Source of the DNA: a virus
IMG/VR virus record: IMGVR_UViG_3300005099_000066
Span: 1 to 64,000 of that record
Reading direction: 5' to 3' (one strand)
Length of the DNA: 64,000 nt
Under the pieces are notes generated by a model. It searched no databases and was not told the origin of the DNA. It saw only the letters and a list, made by a program, of their open reading frames with translations. Below, one piece after another: positions 1 to 8,842 of the stretch. Each line of letters starts with the position of its first letter. Within the stretch, counting starts at the first letter, position 1. The position numbers were made by a program, and so were the translations under genes.

Positions 1-500
1 TCTCTTGCTTTTTGCCATACATTCGAAAATCTAATTTCAGGGTCATAGGGCAATGGCAATGTAGGTGGAAGTTTAATCCATTTTTCTTCAAGAACATCGT
101 AAATCGCATCATGTGAAATAGGTTTCAAATCAAATCTAAAATAGTAATTTATTGGATGAAGAGTAGTATCATAATTTTCTCCATTCAAATCTCCAACATA
201 TTCTCTCAATAACTGCAAATCAACTTCATCTATTATATTGGAATTCATTACAACAGTAACATCAATATCAGAATCAGGTCTCCACTGGTATGTGCAAATC
301 CCTCCTACCAGATAAACCTTGTCAACAACTGAAGTCATACTCATAGCCAGAATATCATTTATGTAATCTTTTAATCTTTTCAAAATTTCATTTTTTACTT
401 CTTCTTTCAGCACAGGTGGGTCTTTAGACACATCCCAGATTTTTGTCTCAAGTGTATGTCGTGGCACATCAAGAACACTCTGAAATTTTATAATCTTCAT
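1..500 (-). CDS. Pol-beta-superfamily nucleotidyltransferase (3' end runs off window)
   Basis: Not in ORF track. My translation from ATG at 500: MKIIKFQSVLDVPRHTLETKIWD...KVYLVGGICTYQWRPDSDIDVTVV...HPINYYF...IYDVLEEKWIKLP, with the hG[GS]x9-13DhDh motif. Frame stays open to the window edge. Confidence 0.75.
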   Translation of the reverse strand, partial: MKIIKFQSVLDVPRHTLETKIWDVSKDPPVLKEEVKNEILKRLKDYINDILAMSMTSVVDKVYLVGGICTYQWRPDSDIDVTVVMNSNIIDEVDLQLLREYVGDLNGENYDTTLHPINYYFRFDLKPISHDAIYDVLEEKWIKLPPTLPLPYDPEIRFSNVWQKAR

Positions 501-994
501 TTAATTTCCTCCACATACTTTTCTTTTATCATATTCATCCCTTTGAAAATTATGTCCCTTATCTCTGTGCAATTTATTAAAACTTTCGTTATAGACTCAA
601 CTGACCTTTCGTAAAGTGTGCTAATAAATGGAGATATGTAATCAGAACCCTGATGCTTGTAAACATTCATAACAATTCTAATAGCCAAATCAACATCACA
701 AACAACACAGTGAATCAACTCATGTAATACTGAAACAGCCACCTGCTGTAGCATTGCGTTTAAATTCTTATCAGACAGATATGGATTCAAATACAATGTA
801 GCTTCTTTATTTATTGAATCTAAATCTATACTCGCATATGTTTTATCATCTTTTCCTTTCTGAAATTTAAAAATAATTCTCCAATTCTCCAAATTCAAAA
901 CAGAAATAAACTCCTCAATCAGAAATTCTGAAAATTCCTTTAACAATTTTCTCTTTACGCTCTGTTTCATAATTCCACTTTTAATTTCATCCAA
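497..994 (-). CDS. HExxH putative metallopeptidase-like protein
   Basis: VLHELIHCV motif. Confidence 0.5.
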   Translation of the reverse strand: MDEIKSGIMKQSVKRKLLKEFSEFLIEEFISVLNLENWRIIFKFQKGKDDKTYASIDLDSINKEATLYLNPYLSDKNLNAMLQQVAVSVLHELIHCVVCDVDLAIRIVMNVYKHQGSDYISPFISTLYERSVESITKVLINCTEIRDIIFKGMNMIKEKYVEEIK

Positions 995-1833
995 TTTTTG
1001 TTTTTATTATTATATACAAATACATCAACAATAGCTGGTCCCGTGCTCTGTTCATGATAACCTCTTTTTTCTTCATATGAAACTCCAGAATCTTTGTTCG
1101 GAACTCTTCCCAATTTGAAACTACCTGACCTTATAAACACAACATCCTTTTTGTGTATTCTGTCTGATTTGGAGTAGTAATATCTAACTCTTTTTGAACC
1201 AGCAAGAGAATGAACATGACCAGCAACATATATGTCAGCAATAAATGATTCAGCCATTTCCTCAATTCTATTCAATTTCGCTCCTGTTCTCCTTCCATAT
1301 CCCCATCCATGAGAAGCATATATAACAACTGAAGAGACATGTTTGTCGTAAGCTTTTGTTCTAAATTTTAATTTTGCCATAACTTCGAATCCAACATTCG
1401 GTAAATTAAGAGAATCTGAAATCCAATCCATAACAGGCTGTCCAGATTTTTGTTCCATTGTTTCTTCATGATTACCCTTTAACAAGAAAAGTCCTTTATC
1501 TGCTATTGGTTTCAATGTTTTCACTATCTGATTTGTTGTCCATTGTCCAATAAATTTTATATCCTTTAACTGCTGAAACAAATCTTTCTTTTCTTTTAGA
1601 GCCTCATAATCAAGCAATTCCAAATCGAATCTTCTATCAGCTATCCCAATATAATCTCCGTAATCCCCCATACCTATCCAATAGGCATTTGGAGTATTCT
1701 TTATTTCATCTATTGTCTCTTTCAATTTCTTTTTATCACACAAAATAGTTGCTATATGTAAATCACCAATAAAATACAATCGAACTCTTGCAGGAGTTCT
1801 CGGTATGTATATTACTCTGGATATAGCCTTCAT
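967..1833 (-). CDS. Calcineurin-like metallophosphoesterase
   Basis: GDLH, GDYGD, GNHE, SHG, GHVH motifs. Confidence 0.9.
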   Translation of the reverse strand: MKAISRVIYIPRTPARVRLYFIGDLHIATILCDKKKLKETIDEIKNTPNAYWIGMGDYGDYIGIADRRFDLELLDYEALKEKKDLFQQLKDIKFIGQWTTNQIVKTLKPIADKGLFLLKGNHEETMEQKSGQPVMDWISDSLNLPNVGFEVMAKLKFRTKAYDKHVSSVVIYASHGWGYGRRTGAKLNRIEEMAESFIADIYVAGHVHSLAGSKRVRYYYSKSDRIHKKDVVFIRSGSFKLGRVPNKDSGVSYEEKRGYHEQSTGPAIVDVFVYNNKNKNWMKLKVEL

Positions 1834-1847
1834 ATATCTTCTTCACT

Positions 1848-2804
1848 TTAATCACAATCACACGGTTTAATAACTTTCTTTGGCATTGGCTTTTTGGATT
1901 CAGTCTTCACAATTGTAGATTTTCTGACAGAATATCCTCTCACATTTTCCGTTTTTGTCAAATCAACTGAATCATATTGATACCATTTCATCAACTGTTC
2001 TTTATAAGGCAATTCAAGAATATCAAATCCTTCATATATAAGAGTATAACCTGTCTCGAATGCTTCATCAAAACTCATCCTCAAAGTATGTGTGTCAATT
2101 TCTTCTCCGTTTTCATTTTCAATAGCAATTGGCACAATAGTTTTATATCCAATCACTCCTTCATAATCAGGATTTTCATCCATTAAATCTCTACATTCAG
2201 GGTCAACTTCATTTTTCAAAACATAATCAATCACATCATAAAGGTCATAAGCTTTTACCTTTATTATCTTATAATAATTACCCCCTCTTCTGTGCTTACT
2301 TTCCTCTTCAAAGAAAAACTTCACCAAATACCATTTGGGCTCTCTTTGTGAAAGTTTTCTTGACATTCCTTTCATTTTAACATCTCCTTTCTTTTCCACA
2401 CTTCCTGTCTTTGTCAAATCAGTAAGAGGTCTCCACCATTCTGGAGGTTCAAAATCTTTCTCCATCTCTGTTACCTCAAATCCACCATACATAAAACTAT
2501 AACCTTTCTCAAGTGCTTCATCCATATCCATATCAAACTTTTCTAAATCTACTTTTTCACCATTTTCATCATATATAATAACAGGGTCTTCTGATTCATA
2601 TTCAACAAAGTCCACATCTGAATTCACTTCAACGAAACTGTCTCTATATTCAGGGTCAAAAGTCCCAAGAATATAATCAATCACCTCATCCATATCATAA
2701 GCTTTTATATACTCCCTCGCACTATAAACTTCTTCAGATTCTGTGCCATATTCACTAACACTTGTATAAAAATATCTTACTTGATACCACCTGGCGTCAT
2801 TCAT
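1848..2804 (-). CDS. Acidic hypothetical protein made of two tandem homologous domains
   Basis: KAYDMDEVIDY/KAYDLYDVIDY, DENGEKVD/NENGEEID, DLTKT/DLTKT repeated. Confidence 0.7.
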   Translation of the reverse strand: MNDARWYQVRYFYTSVSEYGTESEEVYSAREYIKAYDMDEVIDYILGTFDPEYRDSFVEVNSDVDFVEYESEDPVIIYDENGEKVDLEKFDMDMDEALEKGYSFMYGGFEVTEMEKDFEPPEWWRPLTDLTKTGSVEKKGDVKMKGMSRKLSQREPKWYLVKFFFEEESKHRRGGNYYKIIKVKAYDLYDVIDYVLKNEVDPECRDLMDENPDYEGVIGYKTIVPIAIENENGEEIDTHTLRMSFDEAFETGYTLIYEGFDILELPYKEQLMKWYQYDSVDLTKTENVRGYSVRKSTIVKTESKKPMPKKVIKPCDCD

Positions 2805-2808
2805 AATA

Positions 2809-3456
2809 TTACCTCCTTTTAAAGAGTATCAATGAATATTTTGCATTTGAGAACAAACCCAACATTATGCCTGTTCTGTTATATTCTAATCCACCAAACA
2901 CTCCAATTGCGGGATCGGAGTTTCCAGCAACTCCGTAATACAGATGAAATCTGCTCCAGAAAGATTCAGGCTTTTTATAAAATTCCACCTCTGATTTGTA
3001 GTGTTTATTAAATAAAGGGTCATAAACATCAACTAAAACTCCTTTCTCTGATTTCAAAATATCAATCCGAATCTTCCTCTCCAGCAATTTATACCAAAAT
3101 GTTTGCGTAGCAAAATAGTATCTAATTGAAACAACTGAATCAGAATATTCAGCAAACTCCTCTGTTACAGTGTCTGCCTCAGATGAATTCACAATACTAT
3201 CTAACTCAAACTTTATAGAAATGTATTCATTATATAACCACTTGTATTTTTTCAAAACCTTATACAAACTATCATTCTTTTGCTTTAATATATTTTCAAT
3301 AGAATCAATTTTAACCTCATATGGTCTTATTATTCCCAGTGTATCAACAACTGGATTTGTGTCTGGAGATGGTCTATTTGGAAACAAAACTCTCCCCAGC
3401 ACAAAACCAAAACCTATCAAAACCAACACAAATATAAGTTTATATTTCAAATTCAT
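2809..3456 (-). CDS. Membrane-anchored coiled-coil protein, spanin-like
   Basis: N-terminal TM segment, coiled coil, C-terminal amphipathic beta strands. Confidence 0.45.
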   Translation of the reverse strand: MNLKYKLIFVLVLIGFGFVLGRVLFPNRPSPDTNPVVDTLGIIRPYEVKIDSIENILKQKNDSLYKVLKKYKWLYNEYISIKFELDSIVNSSEADTVTEEFAEYSDSVVSIRYYFATQTFWYKLLERKIRIDILKSEKGVLVDVYDPLFNKHYKSEVEFYKKPESFWSRFHLYYGVAGNSDPAIGVFGGLEYNRTGIMLGLFSNAKYSLILFKRR

Positions 3457-3457
3457 A

Positions 3458-3961
3458 TCAAACTCCTATTCTCACTCTACTTTTCAATCTTGCCCATTGT
3501 TCAGGATATGTATAATATCCCTTTTCCAGTGTTCTATGAATATCCCCTCTTCTATTGAACCAAAATGTCTTGACTTTTCCAGATGGGTAGGAAATAGCCA
3601 AAATTATATCCCATTCTTCATTGTAAGGATATCTCAAAAGCAAATGCTGTAAATCTCCATCCCATGATATACCAACTTCTATAATAGAGTTTGGATTCAC
3701 TTCTACTACCTTATAGAAATATGATGGTGGAACATAAATATCTGTTTTCATATATTCCTTGTCAATTTTTTCCTTCTCAACATGAGCAGAAGGATAAATT
3801 TGTATTCTCTGACCAGACAAATACTCCACCAGCTCTTTTGGTATAAATATATCTCTATGAAACACAATATCAGCTGGCTTGGTTTTGAAACCAAGCTTTT
3901 CAGACATAATTCTCTCTATGACTGAAAACATTTTAAGTGATTGATTCAATATACAAATCAT
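3458..3961 (-). CDS. Hypothetical protein
   Basis: ORF tiling with neighbours on the coding strand. Confidence 0.6.
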   Translation of the reverse strand: MICILNQSLKMFSVIERIMSEKLGFKTKPADIVFHRDIFIPKELVEYLSGQRIQIYPSAHVEKEKIDKEYMKTDIYVPPSYFYKVVEVNPNSIIEVGISWDGDLQHLLLRYPYNEEWDIILAISYPSGKVKTFWFNRRGDIHRTLEKGYYTYPEQWARLKSRVRIGV

Positions 3962-4292
3962 GTGTGAGTGCCCAGACCATTTTATGTTCTATGACGAATT
4001 TCGTCCCTACTCGATAATACGGAACAACTTTCAGTATTCCCTCTTCCCATTCTTTTTCGAATTTGTATTTCACATACTCCAAATCAGGAATTACATCCAT
4101 TGGCTTATTCGAGTGAATAATATCATCAACTGGAACAAATATATACTGGTCTTTATTTCTCAATCTTAATCCAACAATAGTTTTGCTGTCATTTTTCTCA
4201 ACAGCTACACACTCCCATATTTCTCTCGGAGATTCTTCCATTATAAACACCTCCCTATAAGATAAATAATAACAGGAGTCAAAGCTCCCCAA
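3933..4292 (-). CDS. Hypothetical protein (true start probably the MEESPRE Met)
   Basis: GGGAGGTG RBS precedes the internal ATG. Confidence 0.55.
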   Translation of the reverse strand: MGSFDSCYYLSYREVFIMEESPREIWECVAVEKNDSKTIVGLRLRNKDQYIFVPVDDIIHSNKPMDVIPDLEYVKYKFEKEWEEGILKVVPYYRVGTKFVIEHKMVWALTHDLYIESIT

Positions 4293-4678
4293 AAGTCTGC
4301 TCCTGTGTCACTTATTTGATAACCTCTTGCATCAGAGGCTTTCAGCATTCCATCTATTATTATTTCCCAAATTATCCATCCTATAAGAAATGACAAAAGA
4401 GCAGACAAGAAGATATTTACATTCAGAATTATCCAGAATGCTAATGTTCCTATCATAGAAACGGAAAAATGTCTAAATGTATGTGAATCTTCAAAATCAG
4501 ACACAAGAGGAATAATTGTTAATCTATTTCCAAGTATTTTAGGTAGCCAGAATGTAAATACATACCCCGTATATTTGAAAAGAACAAATGACTTTTTTGA
4601 AACCCAAATTCCTACCTTATGAATAAACTCCCAAATAAAATCAATCATTTCATTCCTCCTATTTATGCTCCATTCCAC
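4241..4678 (-). CDS. Multi-pass membrane protein (weak YfiM/DUF2279-like H..E..D..AD pattern)
   Basis: Hydrophobic segments; RHFSVS...WEIIIDG...SDTGADFWG. Confidence 0.45.
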   Translation of the reverse strand: MEWSINRRNEMIDFIWEFIHKVGIWVSKKSFVLFKYTGYVFTFWLPKILGNRLTIIPLVSDFEDSHTFRHFSVSMIGTLAFWIILNVNIFLSALLSFLIGWIIWEIIIDGMLKASDARGYQISDTGADFWGALTPVIIYLIGRCL

Positions 4679-5094
4679 AAATCATCTATTGGATTGTCCC
4701 ATACTTTAATTAAGGGCATATTAAATTTTGACCATCCATCTGTTGTCTCTGGAACAGTGTAATACTTTACTTCTTCAGTCCCTTCAAACATAGCAGAGTC
4801 TATTGTAATGGAATCTCTTTTTAACCAAGGAGGGACGGAATCGTATGTAGTTTCATAATACTTTTGTGGATACGGAATGCTTACTGTTATACTCTTTACC
4901 CAATCAACATTAATTCCTTCTTCTTGTTCTATATCTGAAGGAATAAATTCTTTTCCACATTTATCACAAACTATTCTTGCACATTCCTCATATCTTATAT
5001 TTACTTTCCCACAGTGTGGACATTTATATTCATACCTTTTGCCATATTTATACTTCATCTTCATTAACCTCCTCAAAAATATCTCCATAACCAA
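4663..5094 (-). CDS. Zinc-ribbon protein
   Basis: CPHCG...CDKCG. Confidence 0.6.
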   Translation of the reverse strand: MVMEIFLRRLMKMKYKYGKRYEYKCPHCGKVNIRYEECARIVCDKCGKEFIPSDIEQEEGINVDWVKSITVSIPYPQKYYETTYDSVPPWLKRDSITIDSAMFEGTEEVKYYTVPETTDGWSKFNMPLIKVWDNPIDDLWNGA

Positions 5095-5320
5095 GTTCTT
5101 CTAAATCTACACCTTCTGGCAATTCAAATAAATTCCACAAAGTAAGTGCTGCTTCTAATCTTTCCAAATCAAATTCTGATTCAAGAAACATCCGAAAATC
5201 TTCAGGATTTTCTCTTATTTCATCCAGCAGTTCACACCATTTCTCCCATAACTCTTCTCCCAAAAGCTTCATTGTAAATTCAATATTATCAACTAAATAT
5301 TGTCCAGTAGCTGTTTTCAT
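5048..5320 (-). CDS. Acidic hypothetical protein
   Basis: ORF with AGGAG RBS. Confidence 0.6.
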   Translation of the reverse strand: MKTATGQYLVDNIEFTMKLLGEELWEKWCELLDEIRENPEDFRMFLESEFDLERLEAALTLWNLFELPEGVDLEELGYGDIFEEVNEDEV

Positions 5321-5425
5321 TTTCTCCTACCAGAAACAATTTCATCACAGATAAAGGCAATCAAAAATAGAACTGAAAGAGTAGCAACAAATCTAAAAAT
5401 ACCCATCATAACAATCAATATCTCC

Positions 5426-5581
5426 TCAAAATACAAATGAAATAAGGTCTTCAACAACTGTAAATTCGGATACATCATTACACATCTCCATTATATCAGA
5501 TTCCAAATTCAACTGTAAATTCAATTCAGATAACAAATTTTCTTCAATTCTTACATACGAAATCAAATCCAAAATTTCCAT
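5426..5581 (-). CDS. 51-aa small protein (below ORF-track cutoff)
   Basis: MEILDLISYVRIEENLLSELNLQLNLESDIMEMCNDVSEFTVVEDLISFVF; tiles with neighbours. Confidence 0.45.
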   Translation of the reverse strand: MEILDLISYVRIEENLLSELNLQLNLESDIMEMCNDVSEFTVVEDLISFVF

Positions 5582-5582
5582 T

Positions 5583-5729
5583 TTAATCCACCTTTGACTT
5601 CAGGTTAAATACTAAAGCAATATATGACACTAAATCAATTATTTCACCTATAAATACTCCTATAAATCCGTAGCCCCTCGTAACAATAGTTTGATTAAAG
5701 CCAAATCCTCTTGTTATTATATTGTTCAT
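5583..5729 (-). CDS. 48-aa small protein, probably virion-associated
   Basis: MNNIITRGFGFNQTIVTRGYGFIGVFIGEIIDLVSYIALVFNLKSKVD; ATGA overlap with the upstream stop. Confidence 0.55.
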   Translation of the reverse strand: MNNIITRGFGFNQTIVTRGYGFIGVFIGEIIDLVSYIALVFNLKSKVD

Positions 5730-6457
5730 ACTCTCTTCCTCTCGAATACATTTCTCATAGTAGGTTCTCCATTTTCATCATACAAGTCAAATCTCATTAT
5801 TTCTGTCACATTGTCTTCATCATAGAAAATCATCTGATTATTTTCTATCTTCCATCTGCCTCCTTCAACAGATTTAAGAAATTCCAGAATCTGTCTCAAA
5901 TCATCTACCAATTCTACTTTTTCTCCATCAAGTGTAGCCTTTATATCCGAACCAACAAACTCCATCTGGTCTGTTTTGGATTTAACAGAGCTTACAGCTT
6001 CACCACTACTACCTACTTCTGCATGTTCAGCAATAGGCTCATCCCAAACTTTGTCTGCTATTTGTTCCATTTCAGTCTCCGTTATAGGAGCTTTTGTTTC
6101 TACTATCGTTGTGGCAACAGCTCCTAATAGTTTTATTGTATCATCTCCACCTGTAGGCTTAATAGGTGTATTATCATCTGGTCCTCCTCCAACAACATTA
6201 CCATCTGATATAATACCAACTCCTACTCCTGCCCAGAACTGGATTTGCCAGGGGGAGTAGAGGCGTATTGTAATGCCTGACACTACTCCCCCTCCCAAAT
6301 CTGCTTTTCCAAAAGCATCTGCAATTTTATCATATGCTATTCCAGTCCAAGAAGATTCAGCTGTTCTAATTTCATTTATCAATTCCTGACATGTTACATG
6401 TGTTTGTGGAGAAGTAATTTTAATAATTTTATTTGCCCAATCAAATTCTATTGCCAT
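5726..6457 (-). CDS. Putative virion structural protein
   Basis: MA start, Gly/Thr-rich beta N-domain, IADKVWDEP motif common in phage fibre-associated proteins. Confidence 0.55.
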   Translation of the reverse strand: MAIEFDWANKIIKITSPQTHVTCQELINEIRTAESSWTGIAYDKIADAFGKADLGGGVVSGITIRLYSPWQIQFWAGVGVGIISDGNVVGGGPDDNTPIKPTGGDDTIKLLGAVATTIVETKAPITETEMEQIADKVWDEPIAEHAEVGSSGEAVSSVKSKTDQMEFVGSDIKATLDGEKVELVDDLRQILEFLKSVEGGRWKIENNQMIFYDEDNVTEIMRFDLYDENGEPTMRNVFERKRV

Positions 6458-6472
6458 AAAATATGTTCAATT

Positions 6473-8821
6473 TTATGCAACAATATTATCAGCAGTTCTA
6501 ATAGCAGACACAGTCAGTCCAACTGATGTAACAGTAGATTCCACTTCGAAAGGAATTATTCCATATTTCCTCACTCTAACAAGAACAGGTATATCTGAAG
6601 AGTAAACTAATGTATTATCAACATAGTCAGTTGTAGCTTCAGTATCTATAATAGGAACATAAACATATTGACCTTCAGAATAATCAGAAGTTAGAGCTGA
6701 AGATAATACAAAATACCCATCAGCAAATGAAGAATAGGAGTATCTATCATCTGTTCCATCAGAAAGGACTACTCTTACAACTCCAGAAGCTGGCTCATCA
6801 GAAGCTATTGTGCCACTAATATACAGACAGGTATTTCCAGTTATGTTATACCAATTCCATGCTTGAGCAGCAAGAGGAGAAGTTGTAATAGAAGGACTGC
6901 TAAATCCTGTAACAACACATCTGACCCAATAAGCATTGTCTCCATTTACATCTGTTTTTGCCCAATCACCAGGAACAGTAAATGTCACATTATTTGTGCC
7001 TGAATTCTGGAATCCATTTGTTCCATCATTAACACCAGAAAGAGCAGTCCATGAAGAACCATTATAATACTGCCACTCTAAAGTTATGCCTGAATAAACT
7101 CCTGCTGTAGAAACATTTATTTTAATTGTGTCAAATTTATATTTGCTATGTCCTATATAAATAGCATCTCCAACTGTAGTTGTCTGCATAGGAGGAAGAG
7201 CCACATCATCCACTGTAGAATTGTTTATATCTGAAGTCTCATCAGTATATGTATCAGTATCTGCATTGTATGAATATGAATAACCAACAGAACCAAAATC
7301 AAGAGTATATCTCTGTTTATCAATAGAACCACCAGCAGCAGTCAATCTGAAAACAGCAACTCTATCACCAGCAACAACTGAAGTGACTTTTACAGATACC
7401 ACATTTGGAGGAACTTGAGTTGTTCCTGTAGAATCAATGAGCTGGAAATTCTTTGCATCAGCTGAATCATAATTTTCAATCCATACACCCTGAGCACCAA
7501 AGTATGTTCCACCAGCATATGTTCCAAGAGGACTCTGTTTTACAGGAGTATACGAACTTTGAGCAGAAATATATCTTTCACCTTCTACTTGTGTTAAAGA
7601 ACTTCCATCATTTTGATAGAATATAAATGTAGAGCCTCTTTTTGTAATATACTTAAAATACTCATAAACTTCAGACAGTGGTCTTCCAGCACAATTAATA
7701 TGAATATCATATGGCCGAGGACCATTACCATTATTCAAATCTTCATTAAATGTAGTTGTAGAAACATCCAGAGTAGAAGAAAGGGTAGCTGTAGCACCTG
7801 AATCCCCACCAGTTATTGTTTCACCAGATTGGAATAATCCAGTAGCATTACCAACTACAAGAGTTCCATCTTCACTATCATTTAAAACTACTGCTGTATG
7901 TCCTGAAGTGCCACCTGTAATAGTTTCCCATTTTTGGAAGGGACCACCAGAAGCACCAGTATATGACAAAGTTCCATTTACTTGAACAATCTGAATATCA
8001 TTATAACCTGAAACTGTGGTTTCATCTGTCTGGTTATTCAAATCATTCTGAGTAGCAAGAGGTACAGCATTACGACCACCTGAACTTAAATCAATTCCAA
8101 AATGGTCATAGGTTTTTGTATACTGTCTTGCAAAAACTGTTACATATCCAGATGCTATTAATGTTCCAGCTTCTTTAACAAGCAATAGAATATCTATATG
8201 TCCAGTAGACCACCATTCACTAATGTGATTTGTTCCCTGAATTATATAAATGAGTGTATCAGATTCAATTGAACCCAGTGTATATACATTAACCCACAAA
8301 TTTTCACCTGTTTTTGTGCCACCTGCTACTAATGTTCCTGCTCCAGTTCCACCAGATATAGTAATACTTTCTCCACCTGTATAATCATCAGAAGTAGAAG
8401 ACATCCTTACCCACCATTTTCTATTAGTATTATCATAGTCCAAAAGAATTCCAGTTGTCCCTGAACTTCCTCCTGTTACAGTTTTGCCTATATCAGTAGC
8501 CACACAATCTGTATAACCAGAAGATTCGAATTCAAGAATTCTTATTCCATCATCATATGTATCAGCATCCCAGCCTGAAGTCTTAATAGCACCTCCTTTC
8601 AGATATTCAAAAGAACTGTATGGTATAAACCATCCATTAACTAATGTATATTCTGTAGGAGTCTGAGCTGTCATAGGATTGGGGTCATCCATATTTACTA
8701 ATTCATCAAAAGTATCCATGAGCCATGAATAAAGCTCATTTGCTGTATATACAGTTGTTCCTGATGTATGCTCTATTTTCTTCAAATTATAGTAAATAGT
8801 CCAATCATCAGATATAGCCAT
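6473..8821 (-). CDS. Large virion structural protein (fibre/baseplate-like) with repeated TITGG[TSD]SG modules and an inserted beta-sandwich domain
   Basis: T/S/G-rich, GE(T/S)IT-GG repeats, EWQYYNGSSWTAL...YWVR module. Confidence 0.65.
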   Translation of the reverse strand: MAISDDWTIYYNLKKIEHTSGTTVYTANELYSWLMDTFDELVNMDDPNPMTAQTPTEYTLVNGWFIPYSSFEYLKGGAIKTSGWDADTYDDGIRILEFESSGYTDCVATDIGKTVTGGSSGTTGILLDYDNTNRKWWVRMSSTSDDYTGGESITISGGTGAGTLVAGGTKTGENLWVNVYTLGSIESDTLIYIIQGTNHISEWWSTGHIDILLLVKEAGTLIASGYVTVFARQYTKTYDHFGIDLSSGGRNAVPLATQNDLNNQTDETTVSGYNDIQIVQVNGTLSYTGASGGPFQKWETITGGTSGHTAVVLNDSEDGTLVVGNATGLFQSGETITGGDSGATATLSSTLDVSTTTFNEDLNNGNGPRPYDIHINCAGRPLSEVYEYFKYITKRGSTFIFYQNDGSSLTQVEGERYISAQSSYTPVKQSPLGTYAGGTYFGAQGVWIENYDSADAKNFQLIDSTGTTQVPPNVVSVKVTSVVAGDRVAVFRLTAAGGSIDKQRYTLDFGSVGYSYSYNADTDTYTDETSDINNSTVDDVALPPMQTTTVGDAIYIGHSKYKFDTIKINVSTAGVYSGITLEWQYYNGSSWTALSGVNDGTNGFQNSGTNNVTFTVPGDWAKTDVNGDNAYWVRCVVTGFSSPSITTSPLAAQAWNWYNITGNTCLYISGTIASDEPASGVVRVVLSDGTDDRYSYSSFADGYFVLSSALTSDYSEGQYVYVPIIDTEATTDYVDNTLVYSSDIPVLVRVRKYGIIPFEVESTVTSVGLTVSAIRTADNIVA

Positions 8822-8842
8822 GTCTATTTACCTCCACTTTTG

